A stretch of 64,000 nt of DNA from an uncultured Dehalococcoidales bacterium (GTDB lineage Bacteria > Chloroflexota > UBA6077 > FW602-bin22), in assembly GCA_964536925.1 (NCBI GenBank), contig CAZHZF010000010.1, positions 904 through 64,903 on the forward strand, written 5' to 3'. Within the stretch, counting starts at the first letter, position 1, and each line of letters begins with the position of its first letter. This document shows positions 1 to 7,980 of this stretch, one piece after another. Made by a program: the position numbers and the translations under genes. The notes beneath the pieces are model-generated. The model was not told where the DNA came from, made no database searches, and saw nothing but the letters and a program-made list of their open reading frames with translations.

Positions 1-16
1 TGGATTCGGCGAGCAG

Positions 17-205
17 CTAGAGGTCTGGCTCGCTCCCGCGGACCCCGAGCCTTCCGGCGACGATGCGCACGGCGCGCCAGCCGAGCACCACTCCAGCGGC
101 GATGCAGGCGAGGATGAGAATCACCCAGACCATGAACGCATCGATCGCCACGTCGAGTCGATTTTTCCGTAGCGGCTCCAAGGGCGTCTCGGTGTCGGCG
201 TTCAA
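17..205 (-). CDS. hypothetical small membrane protein (62 aa)
   Basis: ORF track. TTG start overlaps the ruvB stop (TTGA, 202-205). One hydrophobic helix [20 protein letters not shown]. No family recognised. Confidence 0.35.
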   Translation of the reverse strand: MNADTETPLEPLRKNRLDVAIDAFMVWVILILACIAAGVVLGWRAVRIVAGRLGVRGSEPDL

Positions 206-1260
206 AAGAGGGCCTGCTGGGCACCAATGGCGGTCACGGACGGCGGCTCGGGATGGCCGAGATGTCGATAACCGAGGCGCGTCGCGACGCGGCCACGTGG
301 TGTACGCTCGAGGAAGCCGAGCTGCAGCAGGTACGGCTCATAGACATCCTCCAGCGTATCGGCATCCTCGCTAATCGCGGCCGCCAGCGTGGTGAGTCCG
401 ACCGGGCCGCCATCGTACTTCTCGATGATCGCGGAGAGGACTCGGCGGTCAATGTCATCGAGCCCCAGCGCATCGATCTCCAGGAGCGCGAGCGCGGCTC
501 TGGCCGCCTCGAGCGTGATCACGCCAGCGGCGCGCACCTCCGCGAAGTCCCGCACCCGCCGCAGAAGTCGATTCGCGATCCGCGGTGTACCGCGCGCTCT
601 CCGAGCGATCTCGACGGCAGCCTCAGGCTCGATCTCGATATCGAGGATGCGCGCCGACCGAGTGACGATCCGTTCGAGATCATCGGCGGTCTGGAAGTCG
701 AGACGGAACGTGGTGCCGAAGCGATCGCGCAGGGGTGAGGAGAGGAGCGCGTAGCGCGTCGTCGCGCCGATGAGCGTGAAACGTGGAACCTGCAACCGCA
801 TGACCTTCGCCGCCATGCCCTTGCCCAGGATGAAATCCCACGCGAAGTCCTCCATGGTCGGGTAGAGGGCTTCCTCGACCAGTCGACTGAGTCGGTGAAT
901 CTCGTCGATGAACAGGATGTCGCCGGGCTGCATGGACATGAGCGTCGAGGCGAGGTCGCCAGGGATTGCGATCGCGGGCCCGGACGTGACCTTGATCTGC
1001 ACGTGCATCTCGTTCGCCACAACATTCGCGAGTGTCGTCTTGCCCAACCCCGGCGGACCGTGGAGAAGCAGATGATCGAGCGGTTCGTCCCGCGCGCGCG
1101 CCGCTTCGATGGCGATGCGAAGGTTCTCCTTGACGCGCTCCTGCCCGATGTACTCGTCCAGTGTGCGCGGACGCAGTCCGGCATCGACCTGGGCCTCGTC
1201 GCCCTGCCGCTGCGGCGCGACGATGCGCTCGTCATTGGCGAGGCGGTTGCCCTCCGACAT
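202..1260 (-). CDS. ruvB: Holliday junction branch-migration helicase RuvB
   Basis: 352 aa. Walker [10 protein letters not shown], Walker [10 protein letters not shown], typical RuvB C-terminal domain ([14 protein letters not shown]...[18 protein letters not shown]). Confidence 0.97.
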   Translation of the reverse strand: MSEGNRLANDERIVAPQRQGDEAQVDAGLRPRTLDEYIGQERVKENLRIAIEAARARDEPLDHLLLHGPPGLGKTTLANVVANEMHVQIKVTSGPAIAIPGDLASTLMSMQPGDILFIDEIHRLSRLVEEALYPTMEDFAWDFILGKGMAAKVMRLQVPRFTLIGATTRYALLSSPLRDRFGTTFRLDFQTADDLERIVTRSARILDIEIEPEAAVEIARRARGTPRIANRLLRRVRDFAEVRAAGVITLEAARAALALLEIDALGLDDIDRRVLSAIIEKYDGGPVGLTTLAAAISEDADTLEDVYEPYLLQLGFLERTPRGRVATRLGYRHLGHPEPPSVTAIGAQQALF

Positions 1261-1264
1261 GCGC

Positions 1265-2695
1265 CTAGATTATGTAAGCTGGATCCGTACGCCGACTGCG
1301 GCGAATCTCGTCCCGCCGCGCCTCGTAGCCAGCGCGCCCCATGAGGGCGAACGCGGCGATCTTCCCCGCCTCCACTCCCGGCTGATCGTACGTGTTGATC
1401 CGGAACAGTTCTCCGATGTAGGCGGTCTGCATTTCGAGCAGAACAAGCAACTGGCCGACGGTGAACGGGTTCACTTCCGGCAATTCGAACGTCACATTCG
1501 GGCGCCCGGCCTCGGTCAGCGCGACGATCGTTCCCTCCCGCTCAACGGCCATCAGCTCATTCAGTGTGTGCCCACCCAGGAAGTTGACGCCGGCCGATGG
1601 AGGGAATCCAGCCGGTATCGTCACCGTCTCGCGGAAGTCGCGCACCGCGATCACGTTGACGATCTTGTCGAACCGGCCCTCGGTGTACAGCTGGACCTGT
1701 GAGTGCTGATCGGTGACCCCGAGCGCCTTGATGGGCGTGGGGCCGACATGGACGACCTCGCCGCCGAGATTGACCCGTTTGCCGAGGCTCTCCGCCCAGA
1801 GCTGACAGTACCAGTCGGCGACATCCTTCAGCGCCTGGCTGTAGGGCATCATCACGGAAAGGGTCCGTCCCGCGCCGTAACCGAGGTAGTGGATCGTCGC
1901 GTTCATCGCCGCCGGGTTGCGCCAGACGTCCGGTTCGGCACAGATCTCATCGGCGTAGCGGGCTCCAGCGAGCAACGCATCGACATCGATCCCCGTGATC
2001 GCAGCGGAGAGAAGCCCGACCGCCGAGAGGACGGAGAACCTGCCACCAACCCCTGGCGGTATGGGAAAACTGCGGTACCCCTCGTCGTCGACGATGCGCC
2101 TCAATTCGCCGCTCGTAGGATCGGTCGTCGCGACGATGTGCTCGCGATGCCGATCGCCCAATCGTTCGACGAGCATCTGGCGCGCGATCAGGTACTGCGC
2201 CATGGTCTCGCTGGTGCCACCCGACTTGGTGATGACGTTGAAGAGCGTCTTCTCCGGGTCGATGACGCGGAGGAAGCCCCGGAACTGATCGGGATCGACG
2301 TTGTCGAGGACGAACAGGCGCGGTTTGCCCCCGCGTTGCGTGGGCGTGAGGAGGTTGTGGTACGGCGCGTTGAGCGCCGTGCTCAGCGCGGTGTTCCCCA
2401 GTGCCGATCCGCCGATGCCGAGAACGACGAAGTTCTCGAATCGACCATCGATCGACTCCACGAAGGTGAGGATGTCCCGCGCGACATCGGTCGCGTACGC
2501 CAGGTCCATCCACTCGAGTTCGCCCGCGCGTCGCCGCCGGGTCAGCGTCGCGTGAGCCTGCCGGATCGATGCGTCGAGTTGCGAGATGTCGCGATCGACC
2601 AATCCCTGCGCGCCGACAGCAGCCGACATCGCGTTGTTGAAATCGAATCGGATGCGCATGCTCTCGCGCCAGGCAGGCTGATCGTGGCGGGCCAT
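1265..2695 (-). CDS. pgi: glucose-6-phosphate isomerase
   Basis: PGI/SIS motifs [34 protein letters not shown]. Start ambiguous: ATG 2695 or 2659; the ORF-track start at 2794 would overlap tgt. Confidence 0.9.
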   Translation of the reverse strand: MARHDQPAWRESMRIRFDFNNAMSAAVGAQGLVDRDISQLDASIRQAHATLTRRRRAGELEWMDLAYATDVARDILTFVESIDGRFENFVVLGIGGSALGNTALSTALNAPYHNLLTPTQRGGKPRLFVLDNVDPDQFRGFLRVIDPEKTLFNVITKSGGTSETMAQYLIARQMLVERLGDRHREHIVATTDPTSGELRRIVDDEGYRSFPIPPGVGGRFSVLSAVGLLSAAITGIDVDALLAGARYADEICAEPDVWRNPAAMNATIHYLGYGAGRTLSVMMPYSQALKDVADWYCQLWAESLGKRVNLGGEVVHVGPTPIKALGVTDQHSQVQLYTEGRFDKIVNVIAVRDFRETVTIPAGFPPSAGVNFLGGHTLNELMAVEREGTIVALTEAGRPNVTFELPEVNPFTVGQLLVLLEMQTAYIGELFRINTYDQPGVEAGKIAAFALMGRAGYEARRDEIRRSRRTDPAYII

Positions 2696-2725
2696 CGTCC
2701 CCCCTGTGCGGAACCAGGGCAATTC

Positions 2726-2731
2726 TACAAT
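2726..2731 (+). promoter_or_regulatory. -10-like TACAAT placed 6 nt upstream of the tgt GTG (leaderless-type arrangement)
   Basis: Sequence reads TACAAT-cgcggt-GTG. No Shine-Dalgarno fits in between. Confidence 0.4.
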
Positions 2732-2737
2732 CGCGGT

Positions 2738-3850
2738 GTGCGGGTCCACGCGCGCGATGGGCGCGCTCGGGCCGGTTCGTTCGCGGTCGCGCACGGTGCC
2801 ATCGAGACCCCCGTCTTCATGCCAGTGGGTACTCAGGCAACCGTAAAGACTCTCTTACCCGAGGAACTCGCGCGCGTTGGCACGCGCGTCCTGCTCGCGA
2901 ACACGTATCACCTCTGCCTGCGCCCCGGCGTGGAACTCATCCGACAAGCCGGTGGGCTTCACCGATTCATGGCCTGGAGCGGCGCGATCCTGACCGACTC
3001 GGGCGGATTTCAGGTCGTCAGCCTGGCCGACCTCGCAAGGATCGATGACGACGGTGTGACCTTTCGATCCCACATCGACGGCTCGCAGCATCGATTCACG
3101 CCCGAAAGCGCGATCGGCGCCCAGGAATCGATCGGTGCCGACATCGCGATGGCCTTCGATCAACCCGTCCGTTGGGGTGCCTCGCGCGAGGAGACCCGAG
3201 ACGCAACCGAGCGAAGCGCGGCATGGGCCGAGCGATGCCTTCGATCCCACCGCAGGACCGATCAGCAGTTGTTCGGAATCTGTCAGGGAGGATTCGACCC
3301 CGCGGACCGCCGGGAGAGCGCCCGGCGTATGGCGGCTCTGGGCTTTCAGGGCAACGCCGTCGGAGGCCTGAGCGTTGGCGAACCGAAGAATCTTCTCGGC
3401 CCGCTGCTCGACGCGAGCCTCGGGGCGCTGCCCGAGGACCGCCCTCGGTACGTGATGGGCATCGGCGCACCCGACGATCTGGTGGACGCGATCGGGCGTG
3501 GCGCGGATATGTTCGATTGCGTTCTGCCCACCAGGCTCGGGCGTAACGGCGCGTACTTCCATCCCGATGGCCGCCGCAACATCCTCAACGCGCGCTACCG
3601 GGATGACTTCGCACCGCTCGTTCCCGGATGTGACTGTACGGCCTGCCAGACGTTCTCGACCGCGTACCTGCATCACCTATTTCGCGCGCGCGAGATCCTC
3701 GGTCTGCGCCTTCTCAGCCTGCACAATATCCGCTTCCTGATAACCCTTGTCGCCAACGCGCGTGCGGCGATCGAAACAGGAAGTTTCACCGCGTTCGCGG
3801 CCGACTTCCTCTCGCGTTACAAGACCAGTCGGTCGGATGAGAACCGGTAG
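2738..3850 (+). CDS. tgt: queuine tRNA-ribosyltransferase
   Basis: ETPVFMPVGTQATVK, LLANTYHL, LTDSGGFQV, zinc site CDCTAC...HH. The 5' 1 kb of the 715-aa track ORF is a shadow frame of pgi. GTG at 2738 matches the usual Tgt N-terminus. Confidence 0.93.
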   Translation: MRVHARDGRARAGSFAVAHGAIETPVFMPVGTQATVKTLLPEELARVGTRVLLANTYHLCLRPGVELIRQAGGLHRFMAWSGAILTDSGGFQVVSLADLARIDDDGVTFRSHIDGSQHRFTPESAIGAQESIGADIAMAFDQPVRWGASREETRDATERSAAWAERCLRSHRRTDQQLFGICQGGFDPADRRESARRMAALGFQGNAVGGLSVGEPKNLLGPLLDASLGALPEDRPRYVMGIGAPDDLVDAIGRGADMFDCVLPTRLGRNGAYFHPDGRRNILNARYRDDFAPLVPGCDCTACQTFSTAYLHHLFRAREILGLRLLSLHNIRFLITLVANARAAIETGSFTAFAADFLSRYKTSRSDENR

Positions 3851-3895
3851 TTCTTCGAGCGGGGGGACACCGGGCATATAATCGGCGATCATCAG

Positions 3896-3967
<72 letters not shown>

Positions 3968-4008
3968 CCGATGGGCGGCTGGCATCTTCGCCAGCAGCGC
4001 ACGTGCGG

Positions 4009-4022
4009 TTCCGAATTCGGAA
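4009..4022. promoter_or_regulatory. perfect 14-nt palindrome TTCCGAATTCGGAA (possible operator)
   Basis: Read directly. Lies between the tRNA and a small Cys-rich ORF. Function unknown. Confidence 0.25.
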
Positions 4023-4097
4023 TGACGCGCATGCACCCTCCCCGGAGCTTCCCGTCGATCCACTGCACTGGCGCGAGCACGACAATCCCTGACCTGT

Positions 4098-4274
4098 ATG
4101 GAACGTATGTTCTCTTCCGCCGGTCCGCCGACATCGGTGCGCTGCGTGTTCTGCGGACGCCAGATTCCGGGCGCGCGGTGCATCTGGGTACGCCTGGTGG
4201 ATGACACGGACTTCTGCGTCTGTGCGATCGCCTGTGACGGCCTCCGCCGCCGCCTCGAATCGGTGCGGACCTAG
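4098..4274 (+). CDS. putative small Cys-rich zinc-binding protein (58 aa, TRASH/zinc-ribbon-like)
   Basis: Below the ORF-track size cutoff; translated by hand as MERMFSSAGPPTSVRCVFCGRQIPGARCIWVRLVDDTDFCVCAIACDGLRRRLESVRT. High third-position GC. CxxCG...FCxCxxxC pattern. Its stop shares the CTAG with the convergent response-regulator stop. Confidence 0.4.
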   Translation: MERMFSSAGPPTSVRCVFCGRQIPGARCIWVRLVDDTDFCVCAIACDGLRRRLESVRT

Positions 4275-4648
4275 CGCGGGCGGGCGCGCTCGCTGAGCAG
4301 GCGTTCCGCCTCTGCCACCAGGCGCGCCGGAGAGAACGGCTTCTGTATCGCCGCGTCGGCACCCGCGCCACGCCAGATGCTGGGATCGGCGACCACCTCG
4401 ATGTGCGCGGTGACGAGGATGATGGGCGTCGAGGCCGTGTCCGCGTCCTCGCGCAGGATGCGACACACGTCGAGCCCGTCGATGTCGGGCATGCCCACGT
4501 CAAGGAGGATCAAATCCGGTTTCAGGTCCTTCGCCATGCGGATGCCACTCGTGCTGTCGGGCGCAAGGAGCATGTGGTGCCGCTCGAAGATCACCGACAG
4601 CATCGTCAGGACCTCATCGTGATCTTCGATGGCGAGGATGACCGCCAT
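4271..4648 (-). CDS. single-domain response regulator (CheY-like receiver)
   Basis: 125 aa. Receiver residues are present: acidic pair in IEDHDE, phospho-acceptor in LILLDVGMPDIDG, LVTAH, QKPF. Confidence 0.9.
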   Translation of the reverse strand: MAVILAIEDHDEVLTMLSVIFERHHMLLAPDSTSGIRMAKDLKPDLILLDVGMPDIDGLDVCRILREDADTASTPIILVTAHIEVVADPSIWRGAGADAAIQKPFSPARLVAEAERLLSERARPR

Positions 4649-5392
4649 TCAGCGAGCCGGTGTTTCCGTGGCCAACTTGACCGCGCGGTCCCGTACTGCG
4701 GTGAGACGGAGCCGGTCCGATTCCTGGGTGATTGTCCCCTTCAGCGCCTCATTCGCTACCTGCGCCACCCGCCCGGGCATCGCCGGCGGCGCATAGACGA
4801 CGCGCTCGAGCAGATACATCGCCCGCTCGACCGAGATGAGACCGTCGAAGATCAGCGCCCGCTTGAATTCATCGCCGGCGCGTTTGGTGAGTTCGACGCA
4901 CTCGTTGAGGATCGGATTATGCATCTCGATCAACTGCTCGATGGGGACGGTGGGACGCTTCGGCGCCGCCGGGGCCGGGGATCCTTCGCCCTCCGCGCCG
5001 TTCGATCCAGACTGGTCGGCGGCCGCGGCCTGGCGTGCGGCCGGCACCGGGGCCTGAGATGGCGGCGCGCTGCCCGGCTGCTCGGCTCCTTCGATCGGAG
5101 AGAGAGCGAGCAGATTCCGCAACTGAGCGAAGACCGCGAGATGCTGCCAGTCCGATGTCGGTCGATTGCGCCGCACCCATTCGCGCTCGAGCTGTTCGTG
5201 CGCCTTGTTGTATCGCTCGAACTGCGCCTCGGCGATCGGTGCCCGGCCGATAGCGCGGACTCTCGCGACATACTCGGGGTAGGGACCCTCGGTTTCCTCA
5301 CGCTCCAGCCGCTCCAGCTCCTGCTGAAGCGCGGCAATCTGCTGCCGGATCTCCGCGATTCGAGTCGCTCGACTCTGAGGTTCGACGGCCAT
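4649..5392 (-). CDS. hypothetical coiled-coil protein (247 aa)
   Basis: N-terminal heptad-like RIAEIRQQIAALQQELERLERE, a low-complexity A/P/G spacer and a globular C-terminal part. Its stop abuts the response-regulator ATG (TGAATG). Confidence 0.6.
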   Translation of the reverse strand: MAVEPQSRATRIAEIRQQIAALQQELERLEREETEGPYPEYVARVRAIGRAPIAEAQFERYNKAHEQLEREWVRRNRPTSDWQHLAVFAQLRNLLALSPIEGAEQPGSAPPSQAPVPAARQAAAADQSGSNGAEGEGSPAPAAPKRPTVPIEQLIEMHNPILNECVELTKRAGDEFKRALIFDGLISVERAMYLLERVVYAPPAMPGRVAQVANEALKGTITQESDRLRLTAVRDRAVKLATETPAR

Positions 5393-5562
5393 CGACGCCG
5401 CTCACTCTACCCCGTGAGATGGTCGGACGCAACGCCCGCCGGCCGGTTCCCTATGGTCTGGCGGATCTTCACAGCCGCCCAATGGGGCCGGGCCGCGGGT
5501 GCGTGCGACAATCCAGCGACGATTCTCGCGCGCACAAGGGCCCGAAGCCGGACGCGCCGGAT

Positions 5563-5574
5563 TCGCGATCGCGA
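5563..5574. promoter_or_regulatory. perfect 12-nt palindrome TCGCGATCGCGA, 22 nt upstream of the oxidoreductase start
   Basis: Read directly. Could be an operator or a chance GC-rich palindrome. Confidence 0.2.
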
Positions 5575-5595
5575 GACCGCTGGGGGTTAGACACG

Positions 5596-6612
5596 GTGGC
5601 GCAACTGCTTCGCGTTGGACTGGTTGGACTCGATCACTGGTACGCCGCGCTCGGAGCGGCCGACGACCTGGCGCGTTCGGGCGCCGGACGGATCACGCAG
5701 ATCGCGCACCGCGATCCGCTACGGGGCCGAGAGACGGCGGAGAAGTACGGCGCCACCTTCACCACGGACTATCGCGCGGTCGCCACGAGTCCAGAGATCG
5801 ATGTCGCGCTCACCGCGTGCTTCTGCAGCGAAAACGCCGATCTCGCCGTGGCCGCGGCCGGAGCCGGCCATCCGATTGTCTCGGTGAAGCCGATCGCGAT
5901 GAACCTCAGTGAGGCCCGCCGCATCGAGAGCGCGGTGCGCGGCGCGGGCGTGCGTTTCATCTCGCTCGAGTCGGGCTATCGGGTCAACCCCACGTTCACG
6001 ACGATCCGCGGCTGGGTGGATCAGGGGCGGATCGGCCGCCTCGTCACGGCGGCCACCGTCCTTCGCTCGTCGCTGCCCACGCAGCCGTGGCCGGGCGAGC
6101 GCGGCCGTACGTGGTGGCTGGACGCGGCAAAGACTCCGGGCGGCGGTTGGATCGACCACTCGATCTACCACATCGACTTTCTTCGCTGGATCCTCCGATC
6201 GGAGATCGTCTCCGTCTCGGGCGACGCGGGAAATGTCATCCATTCAGACATCGCGCCGCTGGAGGACTACGGCATCGCCAACCTGGTCTTCGCCAACGGC
6301 GCCCATGCGAGCGTCGAGGTCACCTGGACGGGTCAGCCTGGCGCATCGGTGCACCGGATCGAACTCATCGGCACGGAGGGCACGCTCATCTGGGATCCGA
6401 GCGTCAGCGGTCGCATTCTCATCGCGGGCAAGAACGAGCCGGCCGGATGGCTCGCCACGCCGATACCGCAGCCCACCGGCACCGCCAGCGGATACCTGAA
6501 GGCGCTGCAGACCGATGCACTGCCCGCCTCGATCGACGACGCGATCGCGAACCTCGCGGCGTGCGAGGCGTTCTATCGCGCGGCGAGGACCGGGAGCACG
6601 GTCCGCCTGTGA
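5596..6612 (+). CDS. Gfo/Idh/MocA family oxidoreductase
   Basis: N-terminal Rossmann motif RVGLVGLDHWY, plus family-typical mid and C-terminal regions. GTG 5596 was chosen because the upstream part of the track ORF reads as non-coding. Confidence 0.85.
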   Translation: MAQLLRVGLVGLDHWYAALGAADDLARSGAGRITQIAHRDPLRGRETAEKYGATFTTDYRAVATSPEIDVALTACFCSENADLAVAAAGAGHPIVSVKPIAMNLSEARRIESAVRGAGVRFISLESGYRVNPTFTTIRGWVDQGRIGRLVTAATVLRSSLPTQPWPGERGRTWWLDAAKTPGGGWIDHSIYHIDFLRWILRSEIVSVSGDAGNVIHSDIAPLEDYGIANLVFANGAHASVEVTWTGQPGASVHRIELIGTEGTLIWDPSVSGRILIAGKNEPAGWLATPIPQPTGTASGYLKALQTDALPASIDDAIANLAACEAFYRAARTGSTVRL

Positions 6613-7937
6613 GGCACGTGACCCGCCGCCGCGCACTGGCCATCGTGGCGGCGCTGCCCGTGAGCCTCGCCTGCGGCCCCGCTCCCACGCCATCGCCCGC
6701 CGCCGCCCCGACGAAACCGGCGGCGCCGCCCGTGGCCGTCGCGCCGACCAGTACCCGGGCGCCCACGCCACAGGCTACGCCGACCGCGCCACCCGTACCT
6801 CCGACGGCGACGCGCCCGCCGGCTCCGACCCCTACGGTTGCCCCGAGCCCGGATCTCCTGATGACAAGTCCGGATTTCTGCATCCACGTATTCCTCTGGG
6901 GCGGGTCCGAGACGACGCGTCGCGATCTCACCATGGTGCGGGAGATGGGCTTCCGCTGGGTCAAGCAGCGCTTCGAGTGGCGCTACATCGAGCCCCACGA
7001 GAAGGGTAAGTTCGAATGGAATGAACCGGATCGAGTCGTCGCCGCGATCGCCAGTGCGGGGATCAAGGTGATCGCCCGCATCGACAACCAGCCTCGCTGG
7101 GCACGATCCGACCCGACATGGCCGATCGATGGACCGCCCGATCGTATGGCCGACTTCGGAGACTTCCTGCGCGCACTGGCGACGCGATACCGCGGGCGGA
7201 TCCAGGCGTATCAGATCTGGAACGAGCCGAACCTCGCCCGGGAGTGGGGGAACAGGCCTCCTGACCCGCGACAGTACGTGGAGATGCTGAGGGTGGCGAA
7301 CGCCGCGGTAAAGGCTGCCGATCCTGCCGCGATCGTGATCTCCGGCGGACTCTCGCCCACAACCGCCTCCGGCGCTATCGCGATGCCTGACGTGGAGTTC
7401 GTGAGGCAGATGTACGCCGCGGGGGGCAGGGCCTATTTCGACCTGCTCGGCGTCCACGCCGCGGGTTTCAAGGCCCCGCCGGAGGCCAGTCCGACGGAGA
7501 TCGCCCAGAACCCCGCCTTCAACCACGGCGAGGGCGCGGCGGGCCGGATCTATGGGTTCCGCCACGCCGAGGATCTGCGTGCGGTAATGGTGGAGAACGG
7601 GGATGCGAACAAGCGGGTCGCGGTGCTCGAGTTCGGTTGGACCAGCGACGACCGCCCCAACTCGCTCTATCGCTGGCACGCGGTGACGGAACAGGAGAAG
7701 GCCGCGTACCTGGTGCGCGCCTACGAATGGGCCTATGCCAACTGGCGCCCCTGGATCGGCGTGATGAGCGTCATCTACATCGCCGATCCCGCGTGGACGC
7801 GCGAGCACGAGCAGTATCACTGGGCGATCACCGGGCCGGACGGCGCAAAGCGCGCCGCGTACGACAGTCTCGCTAAGATGGTGAAACGTTCCGATGCGGC
7901 ACCGCTCCGCCTGGCGGGCGCGGCCGGATCGCCGTGA
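6609..7937 (+). CDS. secreted/lipoprotein TIM-barrel glycoside hydrolase-like protein (GH5-type NEP motif)
   Basis: GTG overlaps the upstream stop (GTGA). Signal sequence RRRALAIVAALPVSLAC (possible lipobox), a P/T/A linker, then a catalytic-like domain with YQIWNEPN. Confidence 0.75.
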   Translation: MRHVTRRRALAIVAALPVSLACGPAPTPSPAAAPTKPAAPPVAVAPTSTRAPTPQATPTAPPVPPTATRPPAPTPTVAPSPDLLMTSPDFCIHVFLWGGSETTRRDLTMVREMGFRWVKQRFEWRYIEPHEKGKFEWNEPDRVVAAIASAGIKVIARIDNQPRWARSDPTWPIDGPPDRMADFGDFLRALATRYRGRIQAYQIWNEPNLAREWGNRPPDPRQYVEMLRVANAAVKAADPAAIVISGGLSPTTASGAIAMPDVEFVRQMYAAGGRAYFDLLGVHAAGFKAPPEASPTEIAQNPAFNHGEGAAGRIYGFRHAEDLRAVMVENGDANKRVAVLEFGWTSDDRPNSLYRWHAVTEQEKAAYLVRAYEWAYANWRPWIGVMSVIYIADPAWTREHEQYHWAITGPDGAKRAAYDSLAKMVKRSDAAPLRLAGAAGSP

Positions 7938-7980
7938 CGAGGGTCCGCGCGCCGCGACCCCAATGACCGGGAGGCATACC

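Noticed and set aside
1703-2737. The 5' 1 kb of the 715-aa ORF that contains tgt.
   Set aside because: It is an antisense shadow of pgi in GC-rich DNA. The sequence is Arg/Asp/Gly-rich with no Tgt homology. Tgt homology starts at GTG 2738.
3968-4270. A genomic island or integrated element at the tRNA-Arg 3' end.
   Set aside because: There is no integrase, no direct repeat of the tRNA 3' end and no compositional shift. The flanking genes are ordinary.
5419-5595. The upstream ATG 5419 for the Gfo/Idh/MocA oxidoreductase.
   Set aside because: The added 59 residues are Arg/Pro/Gly-rich and lie before the Rossmann GLVGLD motif. GTG 5596 fits the family's N-terminus.
6655-6850. Repetitive-looking DNA at 6655-6850, 8860-8945, 35000-35460 and 54750-54960, considered as possible repeat arrays or CRISPR.
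   Set aside because: These are in-frame Pro/Ala/Thr/Arg-rich linker regions of real proteins. They are not spaced direct repeats.
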